Shown here: in pieces, positions 41,124 through 49,598 of the stretch
Layout: each line of letters starts with the position of its first letter
Numbering within the stretch: position 1 is the first letter of the stretch
Assembly (NCBI GenBank): GCA_964507055.1
Contig: CAZDOJ010000001.1
Location: forward strand, 721,313 to 785,312
Length of the DNA stretch: 64,000 nucleotides
Direction of reading: 5' to 3'
Origin: an uncultured Gammaproteobacteria bacterium
Lineage (GTDB): Bacteria > Patescibacteriota > Microgenomatia > Levybacterales > UBA12049
Made by a program: the position numbers and the translations under genes
Notes under the pieces: generated by a model
What the model was told of the DNA's origin: nothing
Databases searched by the model: none
What the model saw: the letters and a program-made list of their open reading frames with translations, nothing else

Positions 41124-43062
41124 TTCTTTTGAACTTTCTTTTAATTGTAGTTGCACTACTGATGATTATAATAGACACAACAGCAAAAACAAAGCCAGGA
41201 TCTGTAACGACATATATAATTCTATTTAAAAGTAATATATATGGTTTTTGAAGTAATTCTAACTTTGGTTGAGAATACACTGTAACCAAACTTGTTGATG
41301 AAGTATCAACAAAAAGTTCTTCTGAATTATTCACTCTCTTTGACGAAAGTTCTAAGACATAGTCTTTCCCTTTTGCATCAACAATAACTGGAATCCCAAA
41401 CCCAAAGAAGGGAGATCCTTCAGCAGTATTCGCATCGCGAGTGTATGTTGCAATTTCTTTATTTTTACCATCCAACAACCTAATAGTAAATTTAGACAAA
41501 CTACCACGTTCTAGATTCTCTGAAGGATGTTCCTGGGCATAACGCAAACGAATATATATAGCACTGAGATCTTGATCTTTTGCTTTAAAGGGTATCCGTA
41601 AAGCTTTTTCACTTACCTGTAATTCTGATGTTTGAGCGGTGATTGGATGTCGTGATAGTAGTAAAGTGGGAGAAAAACTACCAGAATACAAATAAAATAT
41701 AATGGCAATACTACAAAAAGCAGTAACTACAACTCTACGTGTTGAAAATGATTGTGAAGCTTTTCTGACTTTTTCTTTTGAAGAAGCGAGTGTCGTTTCA
41801 AGTAAGTCTCTCTTGCTTTTGAAATATAATCGCTCGATGAAATAAAATAAGTAACTTGCTACTGCTACTCCCAAAATGATCATCAGGAAAAATACAAATG
41901 TATCGTTAAGATTTGGGAAACTCATTGTTGCTTTATTTACCCATTCAATAATATGAGTATGAGAAAGATACAAAGAATAACTAATTAACCCAAGAAATAC
42001 TAACATTTTAGTACTAAAAATTTTATAAGAAAGCGTTTTAGGAACAATTGCCGAAGCAATGAGTAAAGCAATAATCCAACTTGAGACAAGATAGTAATAG
42101 TTCATGAATACGATACTTTGTCCATGACGAATATGTGTATCTCCCCATTGAAGTCCTACAAATAAGAGTAATATAAAAATTACAGAGAAAGGATTACTAA
42201 CAAATGGTAAAAGCTTTTGCCAAATTTTTCCATTGCTTTGATAAATAGTACCAAGAACAACCCCCGCAACAAACCCACTTGCTCGTGCAATATTCATACT
42301 TTGCAGACCCGCAAATGGAACTATCGCGTAATCTAAATTAAAAAGAATTATTGTAACTGCAGCAATGCACAGAACCGAGAAAAATATTCCAAGCTTTTTA
42401 CAAACATAAATCAAAGGAATAACAATAAAAGGATAGACTACATAAAATAAAACTTCAGGAGCCAAACTCCAAACCACACCACTCAACCGTAGAATATCTT
42501 TTGCAAAAGGCGTCGTCAATGTAAGATTTGAAAGTAAAGTTAGTATGTTTGTAATATCAGTTGCTCCTGGGTTCGCAAAGAAGCGAGGAGTAATGAAGAT
42601 ATTGAGAAAGACCAGTATTATCTGCAAACTAACAAATCCAAAAAAAAGTACCTTCCCAATATATCTTGAAACCATAGATGCTTTGAACAATTTCCACAGA
42701 AAAAATACACCTAAGGCAGTTCCTAAGAATATAAGTGCTTGCAAATAATATGGACTTCCTTTGATTTGTGAAATAAGCCAAAGAGAAGTAATTACAACAC
42801 CTAAAATTGGAAAAATACGTGCATAGCGTTTTTGAATATACTTCCATGTAACGGGTATCGACGGGTACAAAAAAGCCATAAGAAAACCTGACAAAACGAA
42901 AAGTATTTGGACAGAATTTGGCCCTACAGCAAGGGTTTGATAAGCGGTGATAATAATAGGATTCGGTATAAATAATGAGGGAGAATAACCAGTATGAGAA
43001 AGTAGTACGGCGAATGCAGCAAATCCTCGCAATCCATCAAGTGCAGGCAATCTTGTTTTCAC
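41113..43062 (-). CDS. acyltransferase family 3 (OafA/YrhL-like O-acyltransferase) with extra C-terminal domain
   Basis: LPALDGLRGFAAFAVLLSH and about 10 TM helices. These are followed by a ~200-aa non-SGNH soluble domain and a terminal TM helix. Confidence 0.8.
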   Translation of the reverse strand: MKTRLPALDGLRGFAAFAVLLSHTGYSPSLFIPNPIIITAYQTLAVGPNSVQILFVLSGFLMAFLYPSIPVTWKYIQKRYARIFPILGVVITSLWLISQIKGSPYYLQALIFLGTALGVFFLWKLFKASMVSRYIGKVLFFGFVSLQIILVFLNIFITPRFFANPGATDITNILTLLSNLTLTTPFAKDILRLSGVVWSLAPEVLFYVVYPFIVIPLIYVCKKLGIFFSVLCIAAVTIILFNLDYAIVPFAGLQSMNIARASGFVAGVVLGTIYQSNGKIWQKLLPFVSNPFSVIFILLLFVGLQWGDTHIRHGQSIVFMNYYYLVSSWIIALLIASAIVPKTLSYKIFSTKMLVFLGLISYSLYLSHTHIIEWVNKATMSFPNLNDTFVFFLMIILGVAVASYLFYFIERLYFKSKRDLLETTLASSKEKVRKASQSFSTRRVVVTAFCSIAIIFYLYSGSFSPTLLLSRHPITAQTSELQVSEKALRIPFKAKDQDLSAIYIRLRYAQEHPSENLERGSLSKFTIRLLDGKNKEIATYTRDANTAEGSPFFGFGIPVIVDAKGKDYVLELSSKRVNNSEELFVDTSSTSLVTVYSQPKLELLQKPYILLLNRIIYVVTDPGFVFAVVSIIIISSATTIKRKFKRNDL

Positions 43063-43079
43063 AACTCTATTATACAGAT

Positions 43080-43544
43080 TTAATGGGAAGAATGAATCAC
43101 TGCATGACCTTTTCCTCTAGATATCAACCAGAAATTCACAGGATAGGCAAAGACAAAAGCTATAGCTAAAGCAAAAACTAAACTTCCCCAGAATAGTATT
43201 GATGTGAGATGTGCATCCATTGCCCCAGGTATGAAAAACATAATTGCATTATCAACAATCTCCATAATAGTTATCGACAGTGTATCTGAAGCAAAAGCAA
43301 GTGGTAATGCTTTTTTGATTTGCATACCGGATCGCAATAGAGGCAATAATGTTAGCGAATAACCAAAAAAGAAAGCCAAAAGAATTGAAACAATAATCGT
43401 TTCTATATTTGGCCAATGAAAAATTGTCCCCAAAGTCATACCAAGTACTTCACCAATTGCACATCCGGTCAGACAATGCAGCGTTGCCATAAATGAAATA
43501 TTTTTAAGACTTATTTGTTTGTGATTGTAATGTTCGTGATTCAT
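43080..43544 (-). CDS. DUF4396 domain-containing membrane protein
   Basis: ATLHCLTGCAIGEVLGM motif; 4 TM helices. Confidence 0.65.
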   Translation of the reverse strand: MNHEHYNHKQISLKNISFMATLHCLTGCAIGEVLGMTLGTIFHWPNIETIIVSILLAFFFGYSLTLLPLLRSGMQIKKALPLAFASDTLSITIMEIVDNAIMFFIPGAMDAHLTSILFWGSLVFALAIAFVFAYPVNFWLISRGKGHAVIHSSH

Positions 43545-43546
43545 AA

Positions 43547-44128
43547 TTAAGGTTTTTTAAGAAGACTTTGCATTAATGTAATTTCTTCATTCTGCGTTGA
43601 AACGATATCATTACTTAATGTCTTTAGTTCAGTTCTTTTTGTAATTGGTTGGATAGCTTTTGCCATTGATACAGCCGCTTGATGATGGATTATCATGTCG
43701 TTCAGATATGATTGCTCAGCTTCTTCTGTACTTTTTCCAGCAAGTGATTTCATCATTGGTTTGTATATTCCATCATTTTTATATTCTGTACTAAACCATT
43801 CCTTGTACCACATCTTCATTTGTGTAATTTCTTTTTCCTGTGCTGTGATAATATTTTGTGCAAGTTCTTTAACTTCTGGTGTCTGAGCATTTTGTAGTAC
43901 CTGCTGAGAAGAAGTCACCGCCTCTTCATGATGTGGGATCATCTCTTCGATAAAAGTTTTATCGTCTTTGACAGTCATCGCATGTTGGTCATGCCCTACA
44001 AGAGAATGCATATCTTGAGACATTTTTACCATGCCTTGATTGAGAGCATCATTATGGTCTTTTTTTTGCAAAAACCAACCACCAATACCAATGATGATCA
44101 GTATGAGAATAATTACCAAATATTTCAT
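43547..44128 (-). CDS. DUF305 domain-containing (four-helix, HH-motif) exported protein
   Basis: N-terminal TM/signal segment and duplicated MIPHHEEAV / MIIHHQAAV motifs. Confidence 0.8.
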   Translation of the reverse strand: MKYLVIILILIIIGIGGWFLQKKDHNDALNQGMVKMSQDMHSLVGHDQHAMTVKDDKTFIEEMIPHHEEAVTSSQQVLQNAQTPEVKELAQNIITAQEKEITQMKMWYKEWFSTEYKNDGIYKPMMKSLAGKSTEEAEQSYLNDMIIHHQAAVSMAKAIQPITKRTELKTLSNDIVSTQNEEITLMQSLLKKP

Positions 44129-44397
44129 TTGCTGTTACGTTTAAAAAGTTTTACCAGCTCTTCAGTCGCTTTTTCCGGTTCGTTTTTGAATTGCTCTTTA
44201 ATATGTGTCGTTAAATGTCGTTCAAAAAGTACTGTGTCTAAACTTCGGAGCGAACTTTGTATAGCAAGACTTTGATTAAGCAGATCCATACAATATTCAT
44301 CATTATCAATCATTTTCTGCAAACCATCGAGTTGGCCCTTGATAATATTAATCCGCTTTTGTGCATGAACTTTGACATCTTCGTAATGTGATTTCAT
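44125..44397 (-). CDS. CsoR/RcnR-family metal-sensing transcriptional repressor
   Basis: INIIKGQLDGLQKMIDNDEYCMDLLNQSLAIQSSL. Ligand positions are Cys36, His61 and His65 (RHLTTHI), plus His4. Confidence 0.9.
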   Translation of the reverse strand: MKSHYEDVKVHAQKRINIIKGQLDGLQKMIDNDEYCMDLLNQSLAIQSSLRSLDTVLFERHLTTHIKEQFKNEPEKATEELVKLFKRNSK

Positions 44398-44403
44398 AAA
44401 TTT

Positions 44404-44432
44404 ATGATATACCCCTAGGGGGTATATGTCAA
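44404..44432 (-). promoter_or_regulatory. promoter of the metal operon: TTGACA-17-TATCAT, spacer filled by the operator; ATG 6 nt after the -10
   Basis: Minus strand reads TTGACAtataccccctaggggtaTATCATaaatttATG. The -35 is at 44427-44432 and the -10 at 44404-44409. Confidence 0.7.
44407..44427. promoter_or_regulatory. CsoR-type operator, perfect palindrome ATATACCCC-TAG-GGGGTATAT
   Basis: 9-bp perfect inverted repeat with a 3-nt centre. G/C tracts flanked by AT-rich arms are the known CsoR-family operator style. Confidence 0.75.
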
Positions 44433-44460
44433 GAGAACACTAGGAGTATAATAGTAAAAA

Positions 44461-45537
44461 ATGACTACTGAAGATATCCTCAGACACAGACTCTACAATG
44501 AACAACTCGTAACGCATCAATTCAAAACGGTAGCAGAACTTGTCAAATATCTAGGAGCTGTCCAATCACAGGACTATGCTGGAGCGAAATGGGCTTTAGC
44601 ACAAAGACTCTCAAATATATCGGAGACAGAACTTGATAGAGCATATGACAATGGTGAAATATTGCGAACTCATGCACTTCGTCCGACGTGGCATTTTGTC
44701 CATCCTGAAGATATTTTGTGGATTCTTAGTTTGAATGCTCCTGGATTTAAAAGGATTTTAAAATACTATTACACACAACTAGACCTTAATGAAAAAGTCA
44801 TGAAACAGTCCCAAGAGATTATGCAGGAAGCACTTCATGGAGGAAAAGCTTTGACACGAACGGAGATTGGAGAACTTTTATTGAGAGCAAAAATCCCTGG
44901 AAAAGGACAAGCACTTGGCCATATTATGGGCGAAGCTGAAATTGATGGAATTATTTGTAGTGGACCCCGAAAAGGCAAACAATTTACTTATATGCTCATT
45001 TCTGAACGAGCCCCACAAGCCAAAACATTGCAATGGGATGAAGCATTAAAAGAACTGACGAAACGATACTTCACAAGTCATGGACCTGCACAAATGAAAG
45101 ATTTCGCATGGTGGACTGGTCTACCAATTGCAGAAGTGAAAAAAGGCTTGGAGCTAAATAGAGACAATTTGGTAAAGGAATCGATTTATGGAAATGACTA
45201 TTGGCATTCTGAGAAGTCCAAAATCGAGAAGACTGTGCCAAAAAATGTGTATTTGTTACCTAACTACGATGAATATGCAATTGCGTATAAAGATCGCTCA
45301 GCTTTTTATGATCCTGCAAACACTGAAACATTTGATCAAAGAAATAATGTAATCTTTGGACATATGATCTTTATTGAGGGGAAAATTGTCGGAATGTGGA
45401 GAAGAACTATTCAAAAAAAGACAGTCGAAATCGAAACCCTCCTCTATCGTAAGCTCACAAACGATGAAGGAGAACGATTACACAAAGCCGCTAAAGACTA
45501 TGGAAACTTCCTCAGCCTCGATGCCATCATAAAATAG
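44461..45537 (+). CDS. winged-helix HTH_42 protein (AlkZ/YcaQ-like DNA glycosylase family)
   Basis: LGAVQSQDYAGAKWAL (Q-x-Q motif) and LRTHALRPTWHFVHPEDILW; ~360 aa, typical for the family. Confidence 0.65.
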   Translation: MTTEDILRHRLYNEQLVTHQFKTVAELVKYLGAVQSQDYAGAKWALAQRLSNISETELDRAYDNGEILRTHALRPTWHFVHPEDILWILSLNAPGFKRILKYYYTQLDLNEKVMKQSQEIMQEALHGGKALTRTEIGELLLRAKIPGKGQALGHIMGEAEIDGIICSGPRKGKQFTYMLISERAPQAKTLQWDEALKELTKRYFTSHGPAQMKDFAWWTGLPIAEVKKGLELNRDNLVKESIYGNDYWHSEKSKIEKTVPKNVYLLPNYDEYAIAYKDRSAFYDPANTETFDQRNNVIFGHMIFIEGKIVGMWRRTIQKKTVEIETLLYRKLTNDEGERLHKAAKDYGNFLSLDAIIK

Positions 45538-45613
45538 CTTTAGATATTATTTGACATATTAAGTATTGCATCATTCCGTATATTATTATATAAATAGATA
45601 ACAAGCTTTATAT

Positions 45614-46867
45614 ATGTCTGCCCCATATAAAAAGAATTATAAGAAATTGTTTTCTGCTGTATTTATCATATTCAGCCTACTTGGTGCATTTCAAGCCACC
45701 ATTGATCATCAAACACCTACTCACACTACGGTGTTAGGTGCCGAGCGAAAAATTACGCCGACTCCAAAACCTTTGAAGGTAAAAGCAACACCAACTCCAG
45801 TTAATAAACCGCAAAAATCTACACCAGAAGTGAGTCTCTCGGGACTTAAAGTACAAGGTAATATTTTGGTAAATAATCAGGGCAAAACCGTTATTTTACG
45901 AGGAGCAAATAGAAGTGGGACAGAATATATGTGTGTTGGCGGAAATTTCTCTGAAGGCCCAACTGATGTAAATTCACTCCAAGCTATGAAGAAATGGAAA
46001 CTCAATACAGTTCGAGTTCCACTGAATGAATCCTGTTGGCTTGGAATTAATGGCGTGAAATATGGTGGAGCTGCATACCAAAAATCTATACAAAATTATA
46101 TCAATACAATTACCGCAAATAATATGGTCGCAATTTTGGACCTCCACTGGAATGCACCAGGAAATATAAAAGCTGAAGGACAGAACCCTATGCCAGATGC
46201 AGACCATTCACCAACATTTTGGAAGGAAGTTGCAACAACATTCAAAGCAAATGATAAAGTAGTTTTCGATATATTCAACGAACCAGATCCAATTCCTTAT
46301 CGAGATAATTATCCAGGAGGATTTTCAAAATGGCAGCAAGATGATTTCAATTGTCTATTAAATGGATGTGAAGTAACAACGAAAAAAGATAATGTAAAAT
46401 ACCAAGCCGTTGGTACTCAAAAGCTTGTCGATACAGTACGTGCAACCGGTGCAAAGAACGTAATCATGGTGGCTGGTATACAATCAGCTCAAACAATTAC
46501 GCAATACAAAGGCAACAAAAGTTCAAACCCAAGTGGTTATATGCCAATCGATCCCCAAAAGAATCTTGCAGTAGCAATGCATCAATATAATAAAGCCGCC
46601 TGTTCTGACGTAAAGTGTTGGGAAGATACAGTCGCACCAGTCGCAAAAGTCTATCCAATTATTACTGGAGAATTTGGTGATACTGATTGCTCCGATACTT
46701 ATACCAAACAATTACTTCCATGGCTTGATAAAAATAAAATTAGCTATGTTGGATGGACATGGGATGTTTGGGCAAATAGTTGTGAGACCCTTATCAAAGA
46801 TTATAATGGCACGCCTACACAACCATACGGACAAGCGTATTATAATCATCTCCAAAAAGTTAACTAA
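45614..46867 (+). CDS. glycoside hydrolase family 5 (endoglucanase-like), membrane-anchored with Pro/Thr linker
   Basis: N-terminal TM segment LFSAVFIIFSLLGAF and a TPTPKP linker. LRGANRSGTEY, VRVPLNE, acid/base FDIFNEP, nucleophile ITGEFG. Confidence 0.8.
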   Translation: MSAPYKKNYKKLFSAVFIIFSLLGAFQATIDHQTPTHTTVLGAERKITPTPKPLKVKATPTPVNKPQKSTPEVSLSGLKVQGNILVNNQGKTVILRGANRSGTEYMCVGGNFSEGPTDVNSLQAMKKWKLNTVRVPLNESCWLGINGVKYGGAAYQKSIQNYINTITANNMVAILDLHWNAPGNIKAEGQNPMPDADHSPTFWKEVATTFKANDKVVFDIFNEPDPIPYRDNYPGGFSKWQQDDFNCLLNGCEVTTKKDNVKYQAVGTQKLVDTVRATGAKNVIMVAGIQSAQTITQYKGNKSSNPSGYMPIDPQKNLAVAMHQYNKAACSDVKCWEDTVAPVAKVYPIITGEFGDTDCSDTYTKQLLPWLDKNKISYVGWTWDVWANSCETLIKDYNGTPTQPYGQAYYNHLQKVN

Positions 46868-46895
46868 TCAAACTCTTCAAATGATATAATTATGT

Positions 46896-47495
46896 ATGAC
46901 CTTTTCATATCCTCTTAAACTAAACTTCAAGCTTATGGCGTTAGCTCCCCGAATATCAGTAATTGACGCAAATAATCAGGAAATATTTTATATTGAACAA
47001 AAAGTACTTGCACTGAAAGAAGCTATAAAAGTGTTTGATAACCAGAAAGACAAAAACCTACTTTATACTATGCAAGCAAACCAAATCATTGATTTTGGGG
47101 CAACCTATATTTTTAAAGATGCAAAAAACCATCGTGATATTGGATCCATTCAACAAGAAGGTATGCGGTCATTGTTTCAGGCAAGCTATGCTATCACTGA
47201 TAAAAATGGGGTAGATTCATATACTATTAAGCAAACAAATCCTATGATAGCTATATTGGATTCATTAATAAACATTATTCCATTCGCCGAGCTTGTAAGT
47301 GGATTTATACTCAATCCGACATATGCAGTGACAAAAAATGATGATCAACAAGTCATGATCACAATGAAAAAGAAACCAAGCTTTTTCGAATCAAACTTTG
47401 AGCTTGTGAAAGATCAATCAATACCCGAGAAAGACGAACTATTGTTACTCTTATCCATAGCAATGCTTGTTCAATTGGAACGAAATCGTGGCTAA
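46896..47495 (+). CDS. hypothetical protein (possibly tubby-C/scramblase-like fold)
   Basis: 199-aa ORF with TGaTATAAT 5 nt upstream of the ATG. The fold suggestion is only an impression from the sequence pattern. Confidence 0.3.
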   Translation: MTFSYPLKLNFKLMALAPRISVIDANNQEIFYIEQKVLALKEAIKVFDNQKDKNLLYTMQANQIIDFGATYIFKDAKNHRDIGSIQQEGMRSLFQASYAITDKNGVDSYTIKQTNPMIAILDSLINIIPFAELVSGFILNPTYAVTKNDDQQVMITMKKKPSFFESNFELVKDQSIPEKDELLLLLSIAMLVQLERNRG

Positions 47496-48443
47496 TTATT
47501 TGTAAAACTCGAAGATCACAAAAAGCACATACACCACGAGTAACGCTATTCCATTACGCCGCGAAATAAACTTTTTAGTCGTGAAGAAAACATAAAATAG
47601 AAGTAATGCTGTAGCAATAAAAATAAACGTGACAAAGAAGTTATCGACAGTTATGATTTCTCCACTATGCAAAAGCGTGAACACGCCAAAAAGAATTGTA
47701 TTTACTGCTGCTGAACCCAAATAGTCACCCATTGCAACCTCTTTCTTCCCTGAGACAACAGATCGAATCGCAATAGAAAGTTCAGGTAAGTTGGTCCCTA
47801 AAGAAATAACTATCAAACCAATATAAAACGTCGAGATATTAAAAACATCAGCGAAATAAACTGTTTTATCAACAATAATATTACTTGAGAGAAAGACCAA
47901 ACCAATACCGATAAGCATGGTAAGAATGTCTTTCAATGAATATGCTTTCGAATTAAAAAGTTCTTTGTTTTCGCGATTGAGTATCCCATCTTTCCGTTCC
48001 ACAAGATAAAGCAATGCGACATACATGACTACAAGCAACGCACCTTCTAAATTTGTTATTCTTTTATCTAGAACTAATAAAGAAGGGGCTGATATGACAG
48101 CCAGAGTTGCAACAAGTGTCTTCTTATCAAGTTCATGTTTTAAACTTATACCCTTGCCAAAGACCGCAAGGATCGGAATAATAAAAAGAAACATGACGAC
48201 AATCCCCCCGAGTAAATTCCCAACGAAAATCTCAGCATCATGATCTGCAACTGCTTGAATTCCTACAGAAAATTCTGGGATAGAAGTAAGAAGTCCAAGG
48301 AAAATGAAAGAGAAAGCAAAAGCTGAAAGTCGAAGTCTACTTGAAAATTTTGTTGCTGCTGCGACAATGAGCCCTGAACCATACCAAATAAGAACAAAGG
48401 CAGCAATGTAAAGAAGAGTATTGATCGTATTATCAAGAAGCAT
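47496..48443 (-). CDS. Ca2+/cation antiporter (CaCA, YrbG-like sodium/calcium exchanger)
   Basis: Two alpha-repeats, GLLTSIPEFSVGIQAV and GTNLPELSIAIRSV; 10 TM helices. Confidence 0.8.
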   Translation of the reverse strand: MLLDNTINTLLYIAAFVLIWYGSGLIVAAATKFSSRLRLSAFAFSFIFLGLLTSIPEFSVGIQAVADHDAEIFVGNLLGGIVVMFLFIIPILAVFGKGISLKHELDKKTLVATLAVISAPSLLVLDKRITNLEGALLVVMYVALLYLVERKDGILNRENKELFNSKAYSLKDILTMLIGIGLVFLSSNIIVDKTVYFADVFNISTFYIGLIVISLGTNLPELSIAIRSVVSGKKEVAMGDYLGSAAVNTILFGVFTLLHSGEIITVDNFFVTFIFIATALLLFYVFFTTKKFISRRNGIALLVVYVLFVIFEFYK

Positions 48444-48490
48444 GCATTTTAAGTATATAAAGAAACGGCCGAGCAGACAAGTTACACAGC

Positions 48491-48910
48491 TTAATCAAGT
48501 TGATTAGATACTCTACTGAGGAGTTCATCCATAGAGAAAGGTTTTTCCATAAAGTCATTTGCTCCGGCTTTCATTGCAGACCAACCTATATCACGGCTCG
48601 CAGAGAATAGAATAATTGGGATATCTTTTGTTTGTGAGTTCTTTTTTAGATAGCGACAAATCTCTCTACCATCTTCATTATCCATCCAAACATCCATAAG
48701 GATAAGATCGACATCATTTGATTCGAGATCATAGAGCTTACTTGTATCCCGGATTATATGTACTGTATAACCTTCATCAGTCAAAATGAGTTTTATTGCT
48801 TCACAGATAGACTGATCGTCGTCCACAACAAGTATCTTTTTTCTTAAACCAATCGTACTCTTTTGAGACCTTGCTGAGGCATATAAAGTTTGCTTTTGAT
48901 AGAATTCCAT
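48491..48910 (-). CDS. stand-alone response-regulator receiver protein
   Basis: ILVVDDDQSICEAI, phospho-acceptor context DLILMDVWM, ILFSAS and KPF. Confidence 0.8.
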   Translation of the reverse strand: MEFYQKQTLYASARSQKSTIGLRKKILVVDDDQSICEAIKLILTDEGYTVHIIRDTSKLYDLESNDVDLILMDVWMDNEDGREICRYLKKNSQTKDIPIILFSASRDIGWSAMKAGANDFMEKPFSMDELLSRVSNQLD

Positions 48911-49010
48911 ACAATTATATTGTATGGACGGAGTATGGGGATATCGTAAGAGATATGACGGAAATGTGTTTTATTTTCTTAAAAATCTTGTAAGCATACT
49001 CTACCGAGTT

Positions 49011-49517
49011 CTATTTAGCGAACCTTTTCCGCTTATCAGCTGGAATTTCAGAAGAATCTTTTGATATTGTCATAGATGTACTATCAACATCATATGTTTG
49101 TCCCCGCTCCATTGAAACAGGGCGTTTGCCAAATCTTTCAGGATAAAGCTTTACTGCGTGTGCTTCAAAAATACCTATAGCTGCACGTCGTACTGAAAAA
49201 ATTCGAGCAGCTTCCGCAGGGTTCATTTCGTCCGAAGGTTTACTCCTATTATTTCCTAAGGGGTCTGAAAGAACTTCTAAGCGTTCAGTAGACATTCCTC
49301 CAATTACTCGTGCTATAGAGTCCTTAAATTGAATTCCTTTCGCTTCAGATCCATCATTTTTTAAATAACTTGCAACTTCTTCATGATATGCGATGGCAGC
49401 ATCCACCACAGCATTCTTATTTGTTAGTGACTCTGGATCAACAATAGGTTCTGGAAGACGTAAAGCACGTTTTTCAGTTTCTTGAGTATGCGAAATACCG
49501 GATTCTAGTAAACTCAT
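49011..49517 (-). CDS. hypothetical soluble protein
   Basis: 168-aa ORF, no recognised motif. TATAAA lies 8 nt upstream of the ATG. Confidence 0.4.
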   Translation of the reverse strand: MSLLESGISHTQETEKRALRLPEPIVDPESLTNKNAVVDAAIAYHEEVASYLKNDGSEAKGIQFKDSIARVIGGMSTERLEVLSDPLGNNRSKPSDEMNPAEAARIFSVRRAAIGIFEAHAVKLYPERFGKRPVSMERGQTYDVDSTSMTISKDSSEIPADKRKRFAK

Positions 49518-49598
49518 CCGTATAGTTTATATCATACTATAAGATATAACTTGACGATGATCTGACTTGAACCTGACAAAACTGAAGAGCTTTTTGCC

